DNA of 64,000 nucleotides from Candidatus Latescibacterota bacterium (GTDB lineage Bacteria; Latescibacterota; UBA2968; UBA8231), in contig CBDAOB010000005.1 of the NCBI GenBank assembly GCA_965197905.1, positions 2,560,001-2,624,000 of the forward strand, given 5' to 3'. Within the stretch, counting starts at the first letter, position 1, and each line of letters opens with the position of its first letter. Positions 8,798 to 19,320 of the stretch are shown one piece after another. A program made the translations under genes and the position numbers. The notes under the pieces are model-generated. The model saw nothing but the letters and a program-made list of their open reading frames with translations, had not been told where the DNA came from and did not search any database.

Positions 8798-9837
8798 TCA
8801 AAGGCTCGAAGCTCGTTCCGCTACTCCTGATTCTTGGCATCGCCTGCGATGGGAGGCAGACTCCGGTTGCGCCGGACCTAGAGTCCGCGGACCGACACCG
8901 GGGCGTGAACCTGGTCGCCGGCCGCACCCTGCCCGCGGACACCTTCGATCACATCCTGGACACCAACGTGGATTGGATCGCCCAGACCCCTTTCGGGTGG
9001 CAGCCCCGTTTCGACGTTCCTCAGATCAAGATACGCCCCACCGGCGTCCGTTGGGGCGAAACCGACGAAGGTCTGCGGGAAACCGCGCGACGCGCTCGCA
9101 TTCACGGCATCAAGACCATGTTGAAACCCCATATCTGGTTGGAGCAGGAGGTCGAGGGTGAATGGCGCGGCACCATTCGATTCGAGCGGGAGGAGGATTG
9201 GCTCCAGTGGGAAGAGGACTATCGAAGGTTCGCCCTGCACTACGCGCGCCTGGCAGCCGAAACCGGCATGGAGATGTTCTGCATCGGAATCGAGCTGCAC
9301 CTGTCCATACGTCAGCGTCCCCTGTTTTGGCGCCGGCTCATCGACGAGGTGAGGGAGGTCTACTCGGGCTCACTGACCTACGGAGCGAACTGGTTTCAAG
9401 AGTATCAGGAGGTCGGTTTTTGGGACCAGCTCGACTATATCGGAATCCACGCCTACTTCCCGCTGACGCAGCAGCTGAATGCCAACATTGCTGACCTTGA
9501 ACGAGGATGGCAACCGCATCTGCGCTCCATCGAGACGATGCAGCGAGAGTGGGACCGGCCGGTGCTTTTTACCGAGATCGGTTATAGAAGCATTGCGGGA
9601 GCCGCCATCGAACCGTGGAATTCAACCGTACGCCGCAGCATCGATCTGCAGGAACAGGTGGAGGCCTACGAGGCTTTGTTCGAGACCTTCTGGGATCAGC
9701 CGTGGTTCGCCGGACTCTACGTGTGGGATTGGCGCCCGGACCATAGCAGCGCCGGTGGCAGCACCGACGACCATTTCTCGCCGCAAAACAAACCCGCCGA
9801 GGATGTCCTGCGGACGTGGTTCGGTTTTGTTCTCTAG
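8794..9837 (+). CDS. Lipoprotein glycoside hydrolase, GH113-like TIM barrel
   Basis: LLILGIA-C lipobox. MLKPH, IGIEL, TYGANW, IGIHAYFPL, FTEIGY, F.PQNKPAE motifs. Confidence 0.8.
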   Translation: MIKGSKLVPLLLILGIACDGRQTPVAPDLESADRHRGVNLVAGRTLPADTFDHILDTNVDWIAQTPFGWQPRFDVPQIKIRPTGVRWGETDEGLRETARRARIHGIKTMLKPHIWLEQEVEGEWRGTIRFEREEDWLQWEEDYRRFALHYARLAAETGMEMFCIGIELHLSIRQRPLFWRRLIDEVREVYSGSLTYGANWFQEYQEVGFWDQLDYIGIHAYFPLTQQLNANIADLERGWQPHLRSIETMQREWDRPVLFTEIGYRSIAGAAIEPWNSTVRRSIDLQEQVEAYEALFETFWDQPWFAGLYVWDWRPDHSSAGGSTDDHFSPQNKPAEDVLRTWFGFVL

Positions 9838-9915
9838 CAGCTCGTGGCAAAAAGCCATTCGGGCTGCGGCCGGCTCTTGTAGCCGCACGATGGTGTTCGG
9901 CGGGTGACTGGTCGA

Positions 9916-11538
9916 TTACCGCACAAGCGTCAGCGATCGAAAGCTCGAGATCGACCCGGCCTGCAGCTTTGCGAGGTATCGCCCACTGGCAACCTGGCGC
10001 CCCTGATCATCGGTGCCGTCCCAGGTGAGCCGGTGGGCACCGCTCGGGAGAAGTCCAAGATGAAAGGTGCGAACCGGGTTGCCCAGCGCGCCATAGAGCC
10101 GGAGCACCGCGTCGGCGCTTGCCACCTCCAGATGCAAAGGTATTACGACCTGGCTGTTGAATGGGTTTGGGTACGGTAGGGATAGTCCTGCCTCGGCATC
10201 CTCCACCGCTTCTGCTGTAGCCACTGCTGTGATCGGGTCGAACTTGCGGGCGGAGATCTCGAAATCTCTTCCCTGGACCGAGGTCCTTCCCACGACCACA
10301 ACCAGGCTGTCGGCGTTTTCAACCCGTGCGAAACCGCGACTGTCGCGGTCGAGCTCCATGTTCCGCAGATCGCCACTTCCGTTGCTCATGACATAAAGCT
10401 GCACGACGTAGCGACCGTTAGGGTCTCCGAAGAACTCGATCTCGGTGGTACCGCTGTCGCGAAAAATGACATAGGTTGTTCCCCACTGTTGGTCCACTTC
10501 GCCATCAACTCGCTCGAACGGAAGGCCAGGTGTCACGAGGGGCGTCGCCCGGCGTTCGCCGATGGCGTCGTAGCCGTAGCGGACATCAGCTGCCGCGTAG
10601 TTCGCGGCGGACCATCCTGCCCACGTAGCACGGAAGTCCTGCTGAAATGGAGCTAGCGCAGCGTCGACGCCCTCGATGCCGTTACGAGGCTCCCTCACTA
10701 GGTCGCCCATCAAACCGATGCCGAAGCGTTCGGCAAGGAACGCAACGTAGAGGAACGTGGATCCGTAGTTGTAGGACCGGTTTTGCCACCCGGTAACACC
10801 GATGCCTTGTCGGCGCAGGAAGTCTGGCACATTCGTTGAATCGATTTCTGGATAGCCCGAGAGCAGCTCCGCGTAACCGGAAAGCCCTTCGTTGAGCCAG
10901 ATCTCTTCGTCTCCGTCGTGGCCCCAATGAATGAGATGCTGAAACTCGTGCGCCAACGTTCCCCCAGCGGCGTACTGATTTGCCAGGAGGACGGCTGAGT
11001 TCATGAAGATCATATCGCGCCGAAGCTCCGGGTCGGGATCGGTGGCGATGCCGGGATCGAAGAACCCCAGAAGGTCGGGCTCCAGCCGGAGAACTAGGAT
11101 AAAGATCCTAGGGTCCTCGTCGACGTCGGGAGGAATGCCGAAGGCGGCGGTTTCCAGCTCGAACAAACCCCGGGTCGGATCTGCTGGCGACGCAACCTCG
11201 AACAGGTCGCCGAGAAAATCGACATCGAGCTGTAGAACCGGGCCGCCGTTGTCATCCCACTGTGCATCCTCCACAAAGACGTAGCTGTCTGCGCCTACGA
11301 ATCGACAGGTAGCGGGCAGGAGAGCAAACCGCCCGCGGACGTGGAATTCCCGCTGGGACCCCACCTTGATTACATCTTCGGGCTGTTCGGAATGGTGGAT
11401 CTTGAAGCTGGGCAGGCGAAATTCGTCAGCGTGAAGGCGAAGATATTCGGCACCACAGATGCGTTCCCGAGCTGCCACTTCCGGGCATAGGGTGAAACCC
11501 AAAACCAGAAGCGCTGCCCCACGGCACGCGATGTTCAT
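9916..11538 (-). CDS. Secreted zinc metallopeptidase (M30/M6-like) with FlgD-Ig/T9SS-type C-terminal domain
   Basis: Signal peptide, RICG motif, TLAHEFQHLIH...WLNEGLS, C-terminal PYPNPFN...WDG.D..G..VASG.Y. ATGA overlap with the upstream gene. Confidence 0.85.
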   Translation of the reverse strand: MNIACRGAALLVLGFTLCPEVAARERICGAEYLRLHADEFRLPSFKIHHSEQPEDVIKVGSQREFHVRGRFALLPATCRFVGADSYVFVEDAQWDDNGGPVLQLDVDFLGDLFEVASPADPTRGLFELETAAFGIPPDVDEDPRIFILVLRLEPDLLGFFDPGIATDPDPELRRDMIFMNSAVLLANQYAAGGTLAHEFQHLIHWGHDGDEEIWLNEGLSGYAELLSGYPEIDSTNVPDFLRRQGIGVTGWQNRSYNYGSTFLYVAFLAERFGIGLMGDLVREPRNGIEGVDAALAPFQQDFRATWAGWSAANYAAADVRYGYDAIGERRATPLVTPGLPFERVDGEVDQQWGTTYVIFRDSGTTEIEFFGDPNGRYVVQLYVMSNGSGDLRNMELDRDSRGFARVENADSLVVVVGRTSVQGRDFEISARKFDPITAVATAEAVEDAEAGLSLPYPNPFNSQVVIPLHLEVASADAVLRLYGALGNPVRTFHLGLLPSGAHRLTWDGTDDQGRQVASGRYLAKLQAGSISSFRSLTLVR

Positions 11539-12152
11539 CGGAAGGGTCTGGTCAGTAGAACGCCGAATCGGTCGGGTTGGGCAGCAACCCGCACATCCAG
11601 ACCATGCTCGTCGGAGCGTTCGGATCTGCCAGCGAAACGCGCCGCGTGAATCGCCGATACAAGGTGATTGACTACTACCAATCCGCTGAAGAGGAGCGAC
11701 TGACGTTCGGCGCTCTGGCTGGAATTTAGAAGCTTTTTGTATCTGTCGCGGGATGCCTCTGAATCCCACTCCCAGAAGAAGTCGGTCGTTTCGGGATACA
11801 GATCCGCGTTCAGACCGTCGTCGTAGCGGGCAAATTGATTGTGTTGCAGCCGGCTCGTATAAAATCCGAGGTCGTCGAAGTACTGACTGTCTTTTTTAAA
11901 GGTGTGCGCCTGCGCGTGTTGCGCCGCGTAGGAGCGGTAGTTGTCGACGCGCACATCCTCTACCTTCTTGAATGCGAAGAAACCGCCCCACAACCCCAAC
12001 TCAGCACCAAGGAATCGGCCGGCACTCTTGTCGTTGCCGGCAATGTGCTGACCCCAACCCGGAATCAGTAGCGAGTATAGAAACGCCCGTTTGGGCGACA
12101 CGGCCTGCGCCGCGACGGGCATCATCAGCGCGCATAATATCAGCAGACGCAT
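11535..12152 (-). CDS. DUF5683-like membrane protein
   Basis: Signal peptide, then SPKRAFLYSLLIPGWGQ and NHLVSAIHA. Paralogous to the upstream gene. Confidence 0.65.
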   Translation of the reverse strand: MRLLILCALMMPVAAQAVSPKRAFLYSLLIPGWGQHIAGNDKSAGRFLGAELGLWGGFFAFKKVEDVRVDNYRSYAAQHAQAHTFKKDSQYFDDLGFYTSRLQHNQFARYDDGLNADLYPETTDFFWEWDSEASRDRYKKLLNSSQSAERQSLLFSGLVVVNHLVSAIHAARFAGRSERSDEHGLDVRVAAQPDRFGVLLTRPFR

Positions 12153-12230
12153 CAAGTCGACCAACGAGCGGTCTGTCAGTTTCTGTTCTGGGTTCAAAAT
12201 GAGCTACAATGCGTGCAGAATGCTAGTAGA

Positions 12231-13097
12231 CTAGTAGAAAGGCTTGTATGCGATGACCATGGGTAGCCGGCTGCGGCTTCCCTGGTAGATGGTCGCGGCG
12301 AAACGAGTACGGCGTTCCAGATGGCTTGCTTGCTCTGAGCTACTCCGCATCCGCCCGAGGCGCGCTGCATCTATGGCACTGAAGATGTGATTCAGCATGA
12401 TCACCCCTGCGACGTTACTGGCCCGCTTCAAGAGTTTGTTGCTGTCATCCCGGCGGATCTCGTAGTCCAAACGCAGCTCAGAAGCGAAGTTTTCGACCGA
12501 GTCGATCTCGGATACGCTGCTGATCAGGTTGCCGTTCTGATCTCGAGGATCGCTCCATCCAGCGACAAACTGATCGTATTTTCCCAGAAGCTCATAATAC
12601 TGCTGCTTCTCACTGCACCCCCGCAGAGTGCCTGTAGACCGAATGGAGGTGCTGCAGGGCAGAGCATGGGTTATGGAGGAATTGCGGGAAACAGGATCGT
12701 CGCGCCAATCGAGGTACTCCAGTGGATCCCAGTTTTCATCGGCCGTCTCACGGAACTCATCTTCGATACTGTTGCCATCGCCGTTCCAGAACAGGTATAA
12801 CCCGACGGTGAGGGCTTCGATCCCCAGGAAGGTCGCCGCTCTCTTCTTGCTACCCATGTAATACTGCCCGGCACCCGGCACAAGCACCGAGAACAACAGG
12901 GCGCGCCGCGGCGATTTCCTACTCTGCTCTTCGGCGGGCGCCGCTTTGGATTCGGATCGATCTGAATCGAATGTGACCCCCTCCCGCAAAGACCACATCT
13001 GCAGAGGAACCAGGTTTTCGCCGAAGATGCTCGGCAATTCCTCTGCTTCCAATACCGGTACCGCTAGAAAAAGCGTTACCACAGCCGTCCAGCGCAT
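12231..13097 (-). CDS. DUF5683-like membrane protein
   Basis: KSPRRALLFSVLVPGAGQYY, QQYYELLGKYDQF, NHIFSAIDA. Confidence 0.7.
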   Translation of the reverse strand: MRWTAVVTLFLAVPVLEAEELPSIFGENLVPLQMWSLREGVTFDSDRSESKAAPAEEQSRKSPRRALLFSVLVPGAGQYYMGSKKRAATFLGIEALTVGLYLFWNGDGNSIEDEFRETADENWDPLEYLDWRDDPVSRNSSITHALPCSTSIRSTGTLRGCSEKQQYYELLGKYDQFVAGWSDPRDQNGNLISSVSEIDSVENFASELRLDYEIRRDDSNKLLKRASNVAGVIMLNHIFSAIDAARLGRMRSSSEQASHLERRTRFAATIYQGSRSRLPMVIAYKPFY

Positions 13098-13119
13098 AAG
13101 GACTTCACCTCCATTAGGA

Positions 13120-16100
13120 TTACAGATAACCGAATAGTACCGTAAGATAAAACTTCCACGGTTGTTTGTCGCTTATTTCGTCGATGCCGTAGGCACCATC
13201 GACCTGGATCCTGGTCGGCAGACCGTAATACGACAGCATGTCGAAACGCAACTGCCCTCCAACGTCCCGCAACGGCGCCTTGCGACCGAAGATCGGGTCG
13301 GGATCGCCAAAATTCCTGTCCCATGCTTTCCCCACATCGGCATAGACGGTTCCGTAGAGGCGCTCGAAATATATGTGGGCCAACCGACGCCGAATGCTTG
13401 AGATCAGGGGGAATCGGAATGATGCCGTCGCCATAGCCGCTTTGCGCCCTTCCAGACTGTAGAAAGTGTACCCTTTCATGAACGGCAGCCCCCCAAGGCG
13501 GTAGTCGAAGAAGTCATCGATCAACTCCGGATCATCGACCTCCTCGTTGTCTATCCAACCACCAAAAAAACGCAGTCCGAACGTGGTGTTCCACGGCAGA
13601 GGAACGAACTCGTTCCAGTCGAGTGTGAATTGGTTGTAGAAGAGTTTCTTGTACTCTTCCTTGATAAAGGTCGTATTGCGGTCGAAGTCTTCGAGGAAGT
13701 AGTTGAAGACCCGATCGTAGCGGAAAAAGACTCGTCGGCCTTTGGGATTTATATCGCGGTCTTGCCTGCGCGCGATGCCGTTGTGTCGATAGGTGAAGCC
13801 AATATCGAATCCGTTCAGGTAGGTGTATCCGAACGGCTTCTGTTTCTCCAAATCGAATCCCAAGGTGCCGTCCCGCTTGGGAACAAAGAAATCGAACTCA
13901 ATGCTCGCGTCGTACCTGTCGTAGGTGAGGGAAACGGCCAGTTCGTTGGGCCGGCCCAGATTCCCTCTGAGACCGAGACTCACCTGGTTGAGGTTGAAGT
14001 TCACCGCGTTTATGACCGCATCTCTCGCTTCCGAGCTATCTCCTCTGGAAGCATGCCGCCGCTGGTGAAAAAACTCGGCAAAGAGAGTAGGTCGCCACTT
14101 CTTCAACTCATAGATGAGGAACAAGTCGCGATCGCCGTTTGCCGGCGCGACTGCCGCACCGGCAAATATATTCTGGCGGCCGAGAACGTCTCCGGTTCCC
14201 AGGTACAGGCCCGGTTTGATCTTACCCTCGTCGATCATCAGACGGGGTAAAATCGCCGAATTGAGAAAGTCGATTCGGTAGGGCTCGGAGATTGACGCCC
14301 TGGCAGGTGATGCTCGGACCGGGTCAATCTGGGATTCGGAAGCGTTTCGCGGGAAGTCGGGAGATAAAACCGCCTCAGCCAGGTTCAGCTGGCGGATCCG
14401 GTAACCTTCTGCATTGTAGGCAACAAATGCGACGTCGCCGCCCAACCCCTCCGTCGGAGCCAGCGCGCCTCCCTTGACGTTGGTCAGCTGCGATACATCG
14501 CGTGTTCTCAGGTCGATCCTGTAGATGTTGAATATGCCGTTGATGTCGGAGGCGAACAGGACGCCCTTGCCGTCCCGGGTAAAAACCGGATCCCGGTCTG
14601 TTGCCGTCGTGTTGACGATCAGCTCGATACCCGGAGGGTCGAGCGCCACCGGCTCGGTAGACGCAAGGAGCTGACGTTGGATATTGGCGACCTCCACCAT
14701 GCCGATGTCGCGACGACCGTCGCGGCCGATGGAAAAAACCAGGAGGCGACCGTCAGGCGACCAGCGGGGGGTATACAACTGAGTACCGTCCTCGATTTCG
14801 GTGAGGTAACGAATCTCTTCCCCGTCGGCGCTCAGCAAACCCAGATTGTTGTTGGTGCCCTGATTGCGCACGAACGCGATCCAGTTTCCATCGGGAGAGT
14901 AGCGTGGATAAAAACTGCGAAGCCCGGTGCTGATCCTCCGCAACCGCTCGATGCTGTACCCGGACAGTATTCCAGGGACTGTAGCTAGCAGCTCGGGAAC
15001 CAAACCGACCTCCCGATCATCCAGATCCAGCTCGTAGATATCCGCCTGCCGCGATCCGTACTTGTCGGCCGCGTCCTTCCGCACGAACAATAGCTTGCGG
15101 CCGTTCGCGGACCAGGAAATGGATGAGGTAGACACCCGCGGCACGACGATCTCGTCCTCTTCGCTCTCCAGATCTCTGATCACCAACGAATGGGATCCGT
15201 AGTGACGTTTCAGGCTCGACAGGAAAGCAAGTTTCTTTCCGTCCGGAGAGAACTCCGGCCACATGTTGGAAAACCCTGTCCCGGCCAGCTCTTCCCCCTC
15301 TCGCAGCTTGCCCAACGAGCCCACCTGCGCCGTGTACCTCTCGTGCATGGTTGAGCGCCAGTGAAGGTGCAGCTCCTCGGCGGAGATTCCCAGCACCTGT
15401 TCGATAGCGCCGCCGAAATCGAGAACGGTCCACCCGGAAGCAGCCCGCGCCAGTTCGGCCAATTTCTGCTCGCCGTAGGTGTCCGCGATGTAGCGCACCA
15501 GGGCGAATCCGTGGTCGTAGACGAACTCGTTGCCAAACCCCCGCTTGCCGAACACACCCATGTCGTCTATGGAGAGCAACTCGTGATTGAGCACCGCGGT
15601 TCGCAGAATCATGTCGCGGTGGGAGTCCCACCGGTCGTACTGTTGGTGCTGCGCGACCCCCTCTGAAAACCAGTGGGGAACGTTGATGGTCATGATCGGG
15701 TAAGAGGCCAACCGATCGGGAAAACCAGTCAGAACGTCGGGCCGGTCCTTCTCGCGCTGATAGCCGAAGTATTGGACGTAGAGCGCGGGAATCCGCTGGG
15801 GTCCTTTGCGAGCCGCACCCAATGAAACGATGTGGGTGAACTCATGTGTTATGACGTTACTCAGCCAGTCCGTGCTGCCGCGAAGCTCGTAGTCATGTTC
15901 GAGCGCGGTAGTCCAGATCTCTATGGTATCCTGAAAGAAATAGGCTGCGCCGTTGGCGGAATCGTCGTAATCCTTCAGTACGATCCGCACCTTGGAACCG
16001 GGTTGATAGCCGTACAGCCCCGTGATCGGCGCGTACACCTCCTCCGCCACCTCCGCGGCTTTGCCGGCGGCGGTTTCCAGGCCTTCATGGTAAAGCACCC

Positions 16101-16290
16101 GGAAATGCTCCGTTTCCAGAACCTGCCATAGGAGTTCCGGGTGATTCTGTGCCTTCGCAGCGGGTGCCAGCAGGAACAACAGAGGGATGAGCGAGGTAAT
16201 CCACGCTACACCGGCGGGCGTCGATGGCTCGCAACCCGAGCGCGACGCGGATCCCCAGACCGACCCTGACACTGCGGGTAGCAATTTCAA
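13120..16290 (-). CDS. Metallopeptidase (MA clan) + TolB/PD40 beta-propeller + Omp85/BamA-like barrel fusion
   Basis: VITHEFTH...WFSEGVAQ, multiple P.(F/W/Y)SPDG repeats, C-terminal LGG...MKGY and DVGKAW strands ending FGYL. TTG start overlaps the upstream TGA. Confidence 0.8.
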   Translation of the reverse strand: MKLLPAVSGSVWGSASRSGCEPSTPAGVAWITSLIPLLFLLAPAAKAQNHPELLWQVLETEHFRVLYHEGLETAAGKAAEVAEEVYAPITGLYGYQPGSKVRIVLKDYDDSANGAAYFFQDTIEIWTTALEHDYELRGSTDWLSNVITHEFTHIVSLGAARKGPQRIPALYVQYFGYQREKDRPDVLTGFPDRLASYPIMTINVPHWFSEGVAQHQQYDRWDSHRDMILRTAVLNHELLSIDDMGVFGKRGFGNEFVYDHGFALVRYIADTYGEQKLAELARAASGWTVLDFGGAIEQVLGISAEELHLHWRSTMHERYTAQVGSLGKLREGEELAGTGFSNMWPEFSPDGKKLAFLSSLKRHYGSHSLVIRDLESEEDEIVVPRVSTSSISWSANGRKLLFVRKDAADKYGSRQADIYELDLDDREVGLVPELLATVPGILSGYSIERLRRISTGLRSFYPRYSPDGNWIAFVRNQGTNNNLGLLSADGEEIRYLTEIEDGTQLYTPRWSPDGRLLVFSIGRDGRRDIGMVEVANIQRQLLASTEPVALDPPGIELIVNTTATDRDPVFTRDGKGVLFASDINGIFNIYRIDLRTRDVSQLTNVKGGALAPTEGLGGDVAFVAYNAEGYRIRQLNLAEAVLSPDFPRNASESQIDPVRASPARASISEPYRIDFLNSAILPRLMIDEGKIKPGLYLGTGDVLGRQNIFAGAAVAPANGDRDLFLIYELKKWRPTLFAEFFHQRRHASRGDSSEARDAVINAVNFNLNQVSLGLRGNLGRPNELAVSLTYDRYDASIEFDFFVPKRDGTLGFDLEKQKPFGYTYLNGFDIGFTYRHNGIARRQDRDINPKGRRVFFRYDRVFNYFLEDFDRNTTFIKEEYKKLFYNQFTLDWNEFVPLPWNTTFGLRFFGGWIDNEEVDDPELIDDFFDYRLGGLPFMKGYTFYSLEGRKAAMATASFRFPLISSIRRRLAHIYFERLYGTVYADVGKAWDRNFGDPDPIFGRKAPLRDVGGQLRFDMLSYYGLPTRIQVDGAYGIDEISDKQPWKFYLTVLFGYL

Positions 16291-19235
16291 TTGCGAACCG
16301 CCAAACGCACGAAAGCCTCTGCCTTGCCCCCGTTTGCTTCCTTGGCACGCAAGCGGCAGATGTACAGACCACTGGCGTAACTTTTCAGCGACCAACGAAG
16401 CTCGTTTTCCGAGGGGGTCAACAAGCCGCCTTCCCGTTCGATTCGATCGATCCTGTTGCCCACGGCATCGAAGACCTCGAGGGTCATTCGTGCGGGGCGC
16501 GCGAGAAAGAACCGCAGGTGAGCGGCGTCTACAGCCGCCGCCGGGTTCGGATAACAGTAAACCATCCCGGCGGGCATCAGTTCGTTGGTTGGTGCCACCG
16601 GGCGAGGTCCCGTATCCGGGGCTGCGTTAAGCGCTCGCGCATCAAAGCCATCCTGGGGCCAAGCGGCGGCTCTCCCCGCATACTGCTCGCTCACCGCGCG
16701 CGGATTCCACACATACACCGCATCAGACCCGACAGCGGCGAGCTCGAGCAACCCATCGCCGCTCAAGTCCGCGGCCACCGGTGTTGCGTTTACCGGAGAG
16801 GTCGTCAGCATCGGCAGTCCAGACAGCGGCCCCCCGTTGGCGTCCATACCCAACACCCCTTTACCCGTACCGGCAAACAGCTCCTGATTCATGTTTCCGT
16901 CGAGATCCGCTAGAATGGGCTCGGTGCGCAGCGGCCCGAGCTCGAGAAAATGGGCGGGGCCCGACGGAAAATCGCGTTGGGTAAGACCGGTTCCATCGAG
17001 AACATGGAAATCGGTCTCCGTAGCAATGGCTATCTCCAGCAGACCGTCGCCATCCACGTCGCCCAGCGCCGGAGCGCCGATAGCGGGAGACGGAAGGCGG
17101 GTGGCAAACTCATGGCCTGCGCTGGAGATGCTCGAAACCTGATCGCCTCCAGAATGTATGATCTCCGCAGTCCCATCCCCGTCGATATCGCCGGCGACGA
17201 TTCTACCCGCCCTGGTCACCAAATCCCTGAATGGCAGCGTGCCCGATATTTCCAGGAGCAATACCTGAGCCTCATCGGCGATCGCCAATTCTGTCCCACC
17301 ATCGCCGTCCAGGTCTGCCGCCGCCAGGGCTATAGCAGTCACCGGCTCGCGTCTAATCTCCTGCCCGGTTTGGGAATTGAGAAAAATCAGCTCGTCTGTG
17401 GCGAGGGCGAGGACGGTTCCGGCGGACAGGCCGTCGATCTCAGTCAGGAATGATGCGGCATCGACGGAATCGTCCACCACCGCCGCCCACAGGGGTTCTG
17501 CATCGCCGACGCGCCAGGCAGAGACCTCGGATTCCCGCTGGACAAACAGATCCCAGCGACCGTCGCTGTCGGCGTCACCCGCGGCCAGCAAGCGGGCACC
17601 GGGTACCATCCAGGCCAGTGCCCCGGCATCCCGCACCCCGGTCCACACCCCGACATCATCGGTCCACACCAGCTCCAGCTCTCCGTTGCCGTTGAGATCG
17701 GCAGCCTGCAATCGCCGACCATCAACGGCTGCTCGGGGCCAACCGGTCAGTGAGCGTTCGAATCGAATGTCTACCTCCACGATGTCTCCCGGAGGACTCA
17801 AGACCTCGATCCGCAACCCGCTGACCATGCCCGTGTTGCTGCTGCTATTGGGGGTGGTTTCGGTTTCGAACACGGCCTGACCATTCGCGTGGAACGGGTC
17901 GTCGGGCGAGCCTTCGATCTGGTCCAGTCGGGAGAAGATCGGATTGCCCACGTCCCGGTACCCATCCGCCTCTTCCAGGGCGATGCCCTGGCGCACCGGA
18001 TCGTTGTTGACGGCACCTGCCCCGATTCGATCGGCGATGATTTTGTCATCCACATGCCATATGAGAACCCCCGATCCGGGTACGAACGCGTCGTATTCCT
18101 CCACGGCGCGCCACACCCCGGCGCGATCGTCGCGGGAGAACTCCACGGTTCCAGCATCGATCCAAATCGTTTCGTCGTCGTCAAACGGACTAGAGACCCC
18201 TGGAGGCGTACCTTTGTTGGCCCTCTGCACGCGATTCTCCAGAAGGAAATATTCGGTATCAGTGATCGGGATCCGAATCGCTTTGGGCAGATCGGAACTG
18301 CGGTCGGTAGCCGACAACCGGATGGTCGTGTCCCGCGAGACTACAACGGGTTCGATCCAACCAAGACGCGCCTTGCTCCAAGCCATCGGATGGGGCGCTA
18401 CGAAACCGAGGGTAAACAACAAACTGTCCTGGAGTATGAAACCACGCACGTTCGCACCCACATCCATGAGGCTCCATGCCCCCAGAGCCGGCAGGCCATC
18501 GGCAAAATTCGACAGGCCGATGAGGCCCAGTTGATGACCGAAGAATTTGGCGAACAGGCCGTTCATCCCGGCCCGTCCGTTTTGACTCAAACTCTCGGGA
18601 AGTATCCAGGCGTCGCGAATTTCCCGACCGCAGTTTCCCTCGCCGGCCACGAGGGGTGTGGCCAGGAAATCCCGCATATCGGTGGTGTCCAGGTAGACTG
18701 AGCGGATGTCGTTGAGTTCGCCGGTTTCATGGCCGACTCCGGCGTGAATGATCAGAAAGCTGTTGAAATCCGCGAAACAGGGACCCGCGGGATCTGCCGC
18801 GGCGCTGTCAACGGCTGCAGATATGAGCTCGACCCATTTGGAGCCGATCTCGGCTGACAACCGCCCGTTTCCGTAGCTCAATGCCGATCGGGGCATGGAG
18901 TAGGCTACCTCGGGCTCGCGCGGAAAGACCTCGTACTCGATCTGCACCTCTTCATCCGATACGACCATGTAGTAGCGAGCCAGGGCGTCCAGATGATGAG
19001 CAAAATAGGCGGAATCGTGCGGGGGCGTGTCGTACGGAAAGGGATAGTCCGGTCGCGCTTCGCGGAACCCGCGCAAATCGAACTTCCCCCGACCCGTAGT
19101 TGTGGATTCGTCAGGTTCCTCCAGCGGAAAATCGACCCGCAACGCGAGTATTCGCCACTCCTGGGCTGCGTGGACGGAAGCCACGGAAACCACCGCCACA
19201 CAACAGGATAGAAGAAGAGTTCTCAGTGTGAGCAA
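16287..19235 (-). CDS. M6 (immune inhibitor A)-like domain with degenerate Zn motif + FG-GAP repeats + T9SS-type CTD
   Basis: LIIHAG, WSLMDVG, AWSKARLGW, EYFLLENR, SGVLIWHVD, LEEADG motifs. D(L/I/V)(D/N)GDG repeats. YCYPNP...SGLYI CTD. The HEFGH position reads KFFGH. Confidence 0.8.
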   Translation of the reverse strand: MLTLRTLLLSCCVAVVSVASVHAAQEWRILALRVDFPLEEPDESTTTGRGKFDLRGFREARPDYPFPYDTPPHDSAYFAHHLDALARYYMVVSDEEVQIEYEVFPREPEVAYSMPRSALSYGNGRLSAEIGSKWVELISAAVDSAAADPAGPCFADFNSFLIIHAGVGHETGELNDIRSVYLDTTDMRDFLATPLVAGEGNCGREIRDAWILPESLSQNGRAGMNGLFAKFFGHQLGLIGLSNFADGLPALGAWSLMDVGANVRGFILQDSLLFTLGFVAPHPMAWSKARLGWIEPVVVSRDTTIRLSATDRSSDLPKAIRIPITDTEYFLLENRVQRANKGTPPGVSSPFDDDETIWIDAGTVEFSRDDRAGVWRAVEEYDAFVPGSGVLIWHVDDKIIADRIGAGAVNNDPVRQGIALEEADGYRDVGNPIFSRLDQIEGSPDDPFHANGQAVFETETTPNSSSNTGMVSGLRIEVLSPPGDIVEVDIRFERSLTGWPRAAVDGRRLQAADLNGNGELELVWTDDVGVWTGVRDAGALAWMVPGARLLAAGDADSDGRWDLFVQRESEVSAWRVGDAEPLWAAVVDDSVDAASFLTEIDGLSAGTVLALATDELIFLNSQTGQEIRREPVTAIALAAADLDGDGGTELAIADEAQVLLLEISGTLPFRDLVTRAGRIVAGDIDGDGTAEIIHSGGDQVSSISSAGHEFATRLPSPAIGAPALGDVDGDGLLEIAIATETDFHVLDGTGLTQRDFPSGPAHFLELGPLRTEPILADLDGNMNQELFAGTGKGVLGMDANGGPLSGLPMLTTSPVNATPVAADLSGDGLLELAAVGSDAVYVWNPRAVSEQYAGRAAAWPQDGFDARALNAAPDTGPRPVAPTNELMPAGMVYCYPNPAAAVDAAHLRFFLARPARMTLEVFDAVGNRIDRIEREGGLLTPSENELRWSLKSYASGLYICRLRAKEANGGKAEAFVRLAVRN

Positions 19236-19320
19236 CTGCAGAAAGGGGTAAGAAAACCGAGAACCTATCCGCAGCAGCCGAAACGGTATTCCCGCGGCTG
19301 CCCGGATGGTCTGGCCTTTC

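Noticed and set aside
11539..11769. N-terminal extension of the 617-aa ORF
   Set aside because: Overlaps the upstream gene. ATG 11538 gives a proper signal peptide and an ATGA overlap.
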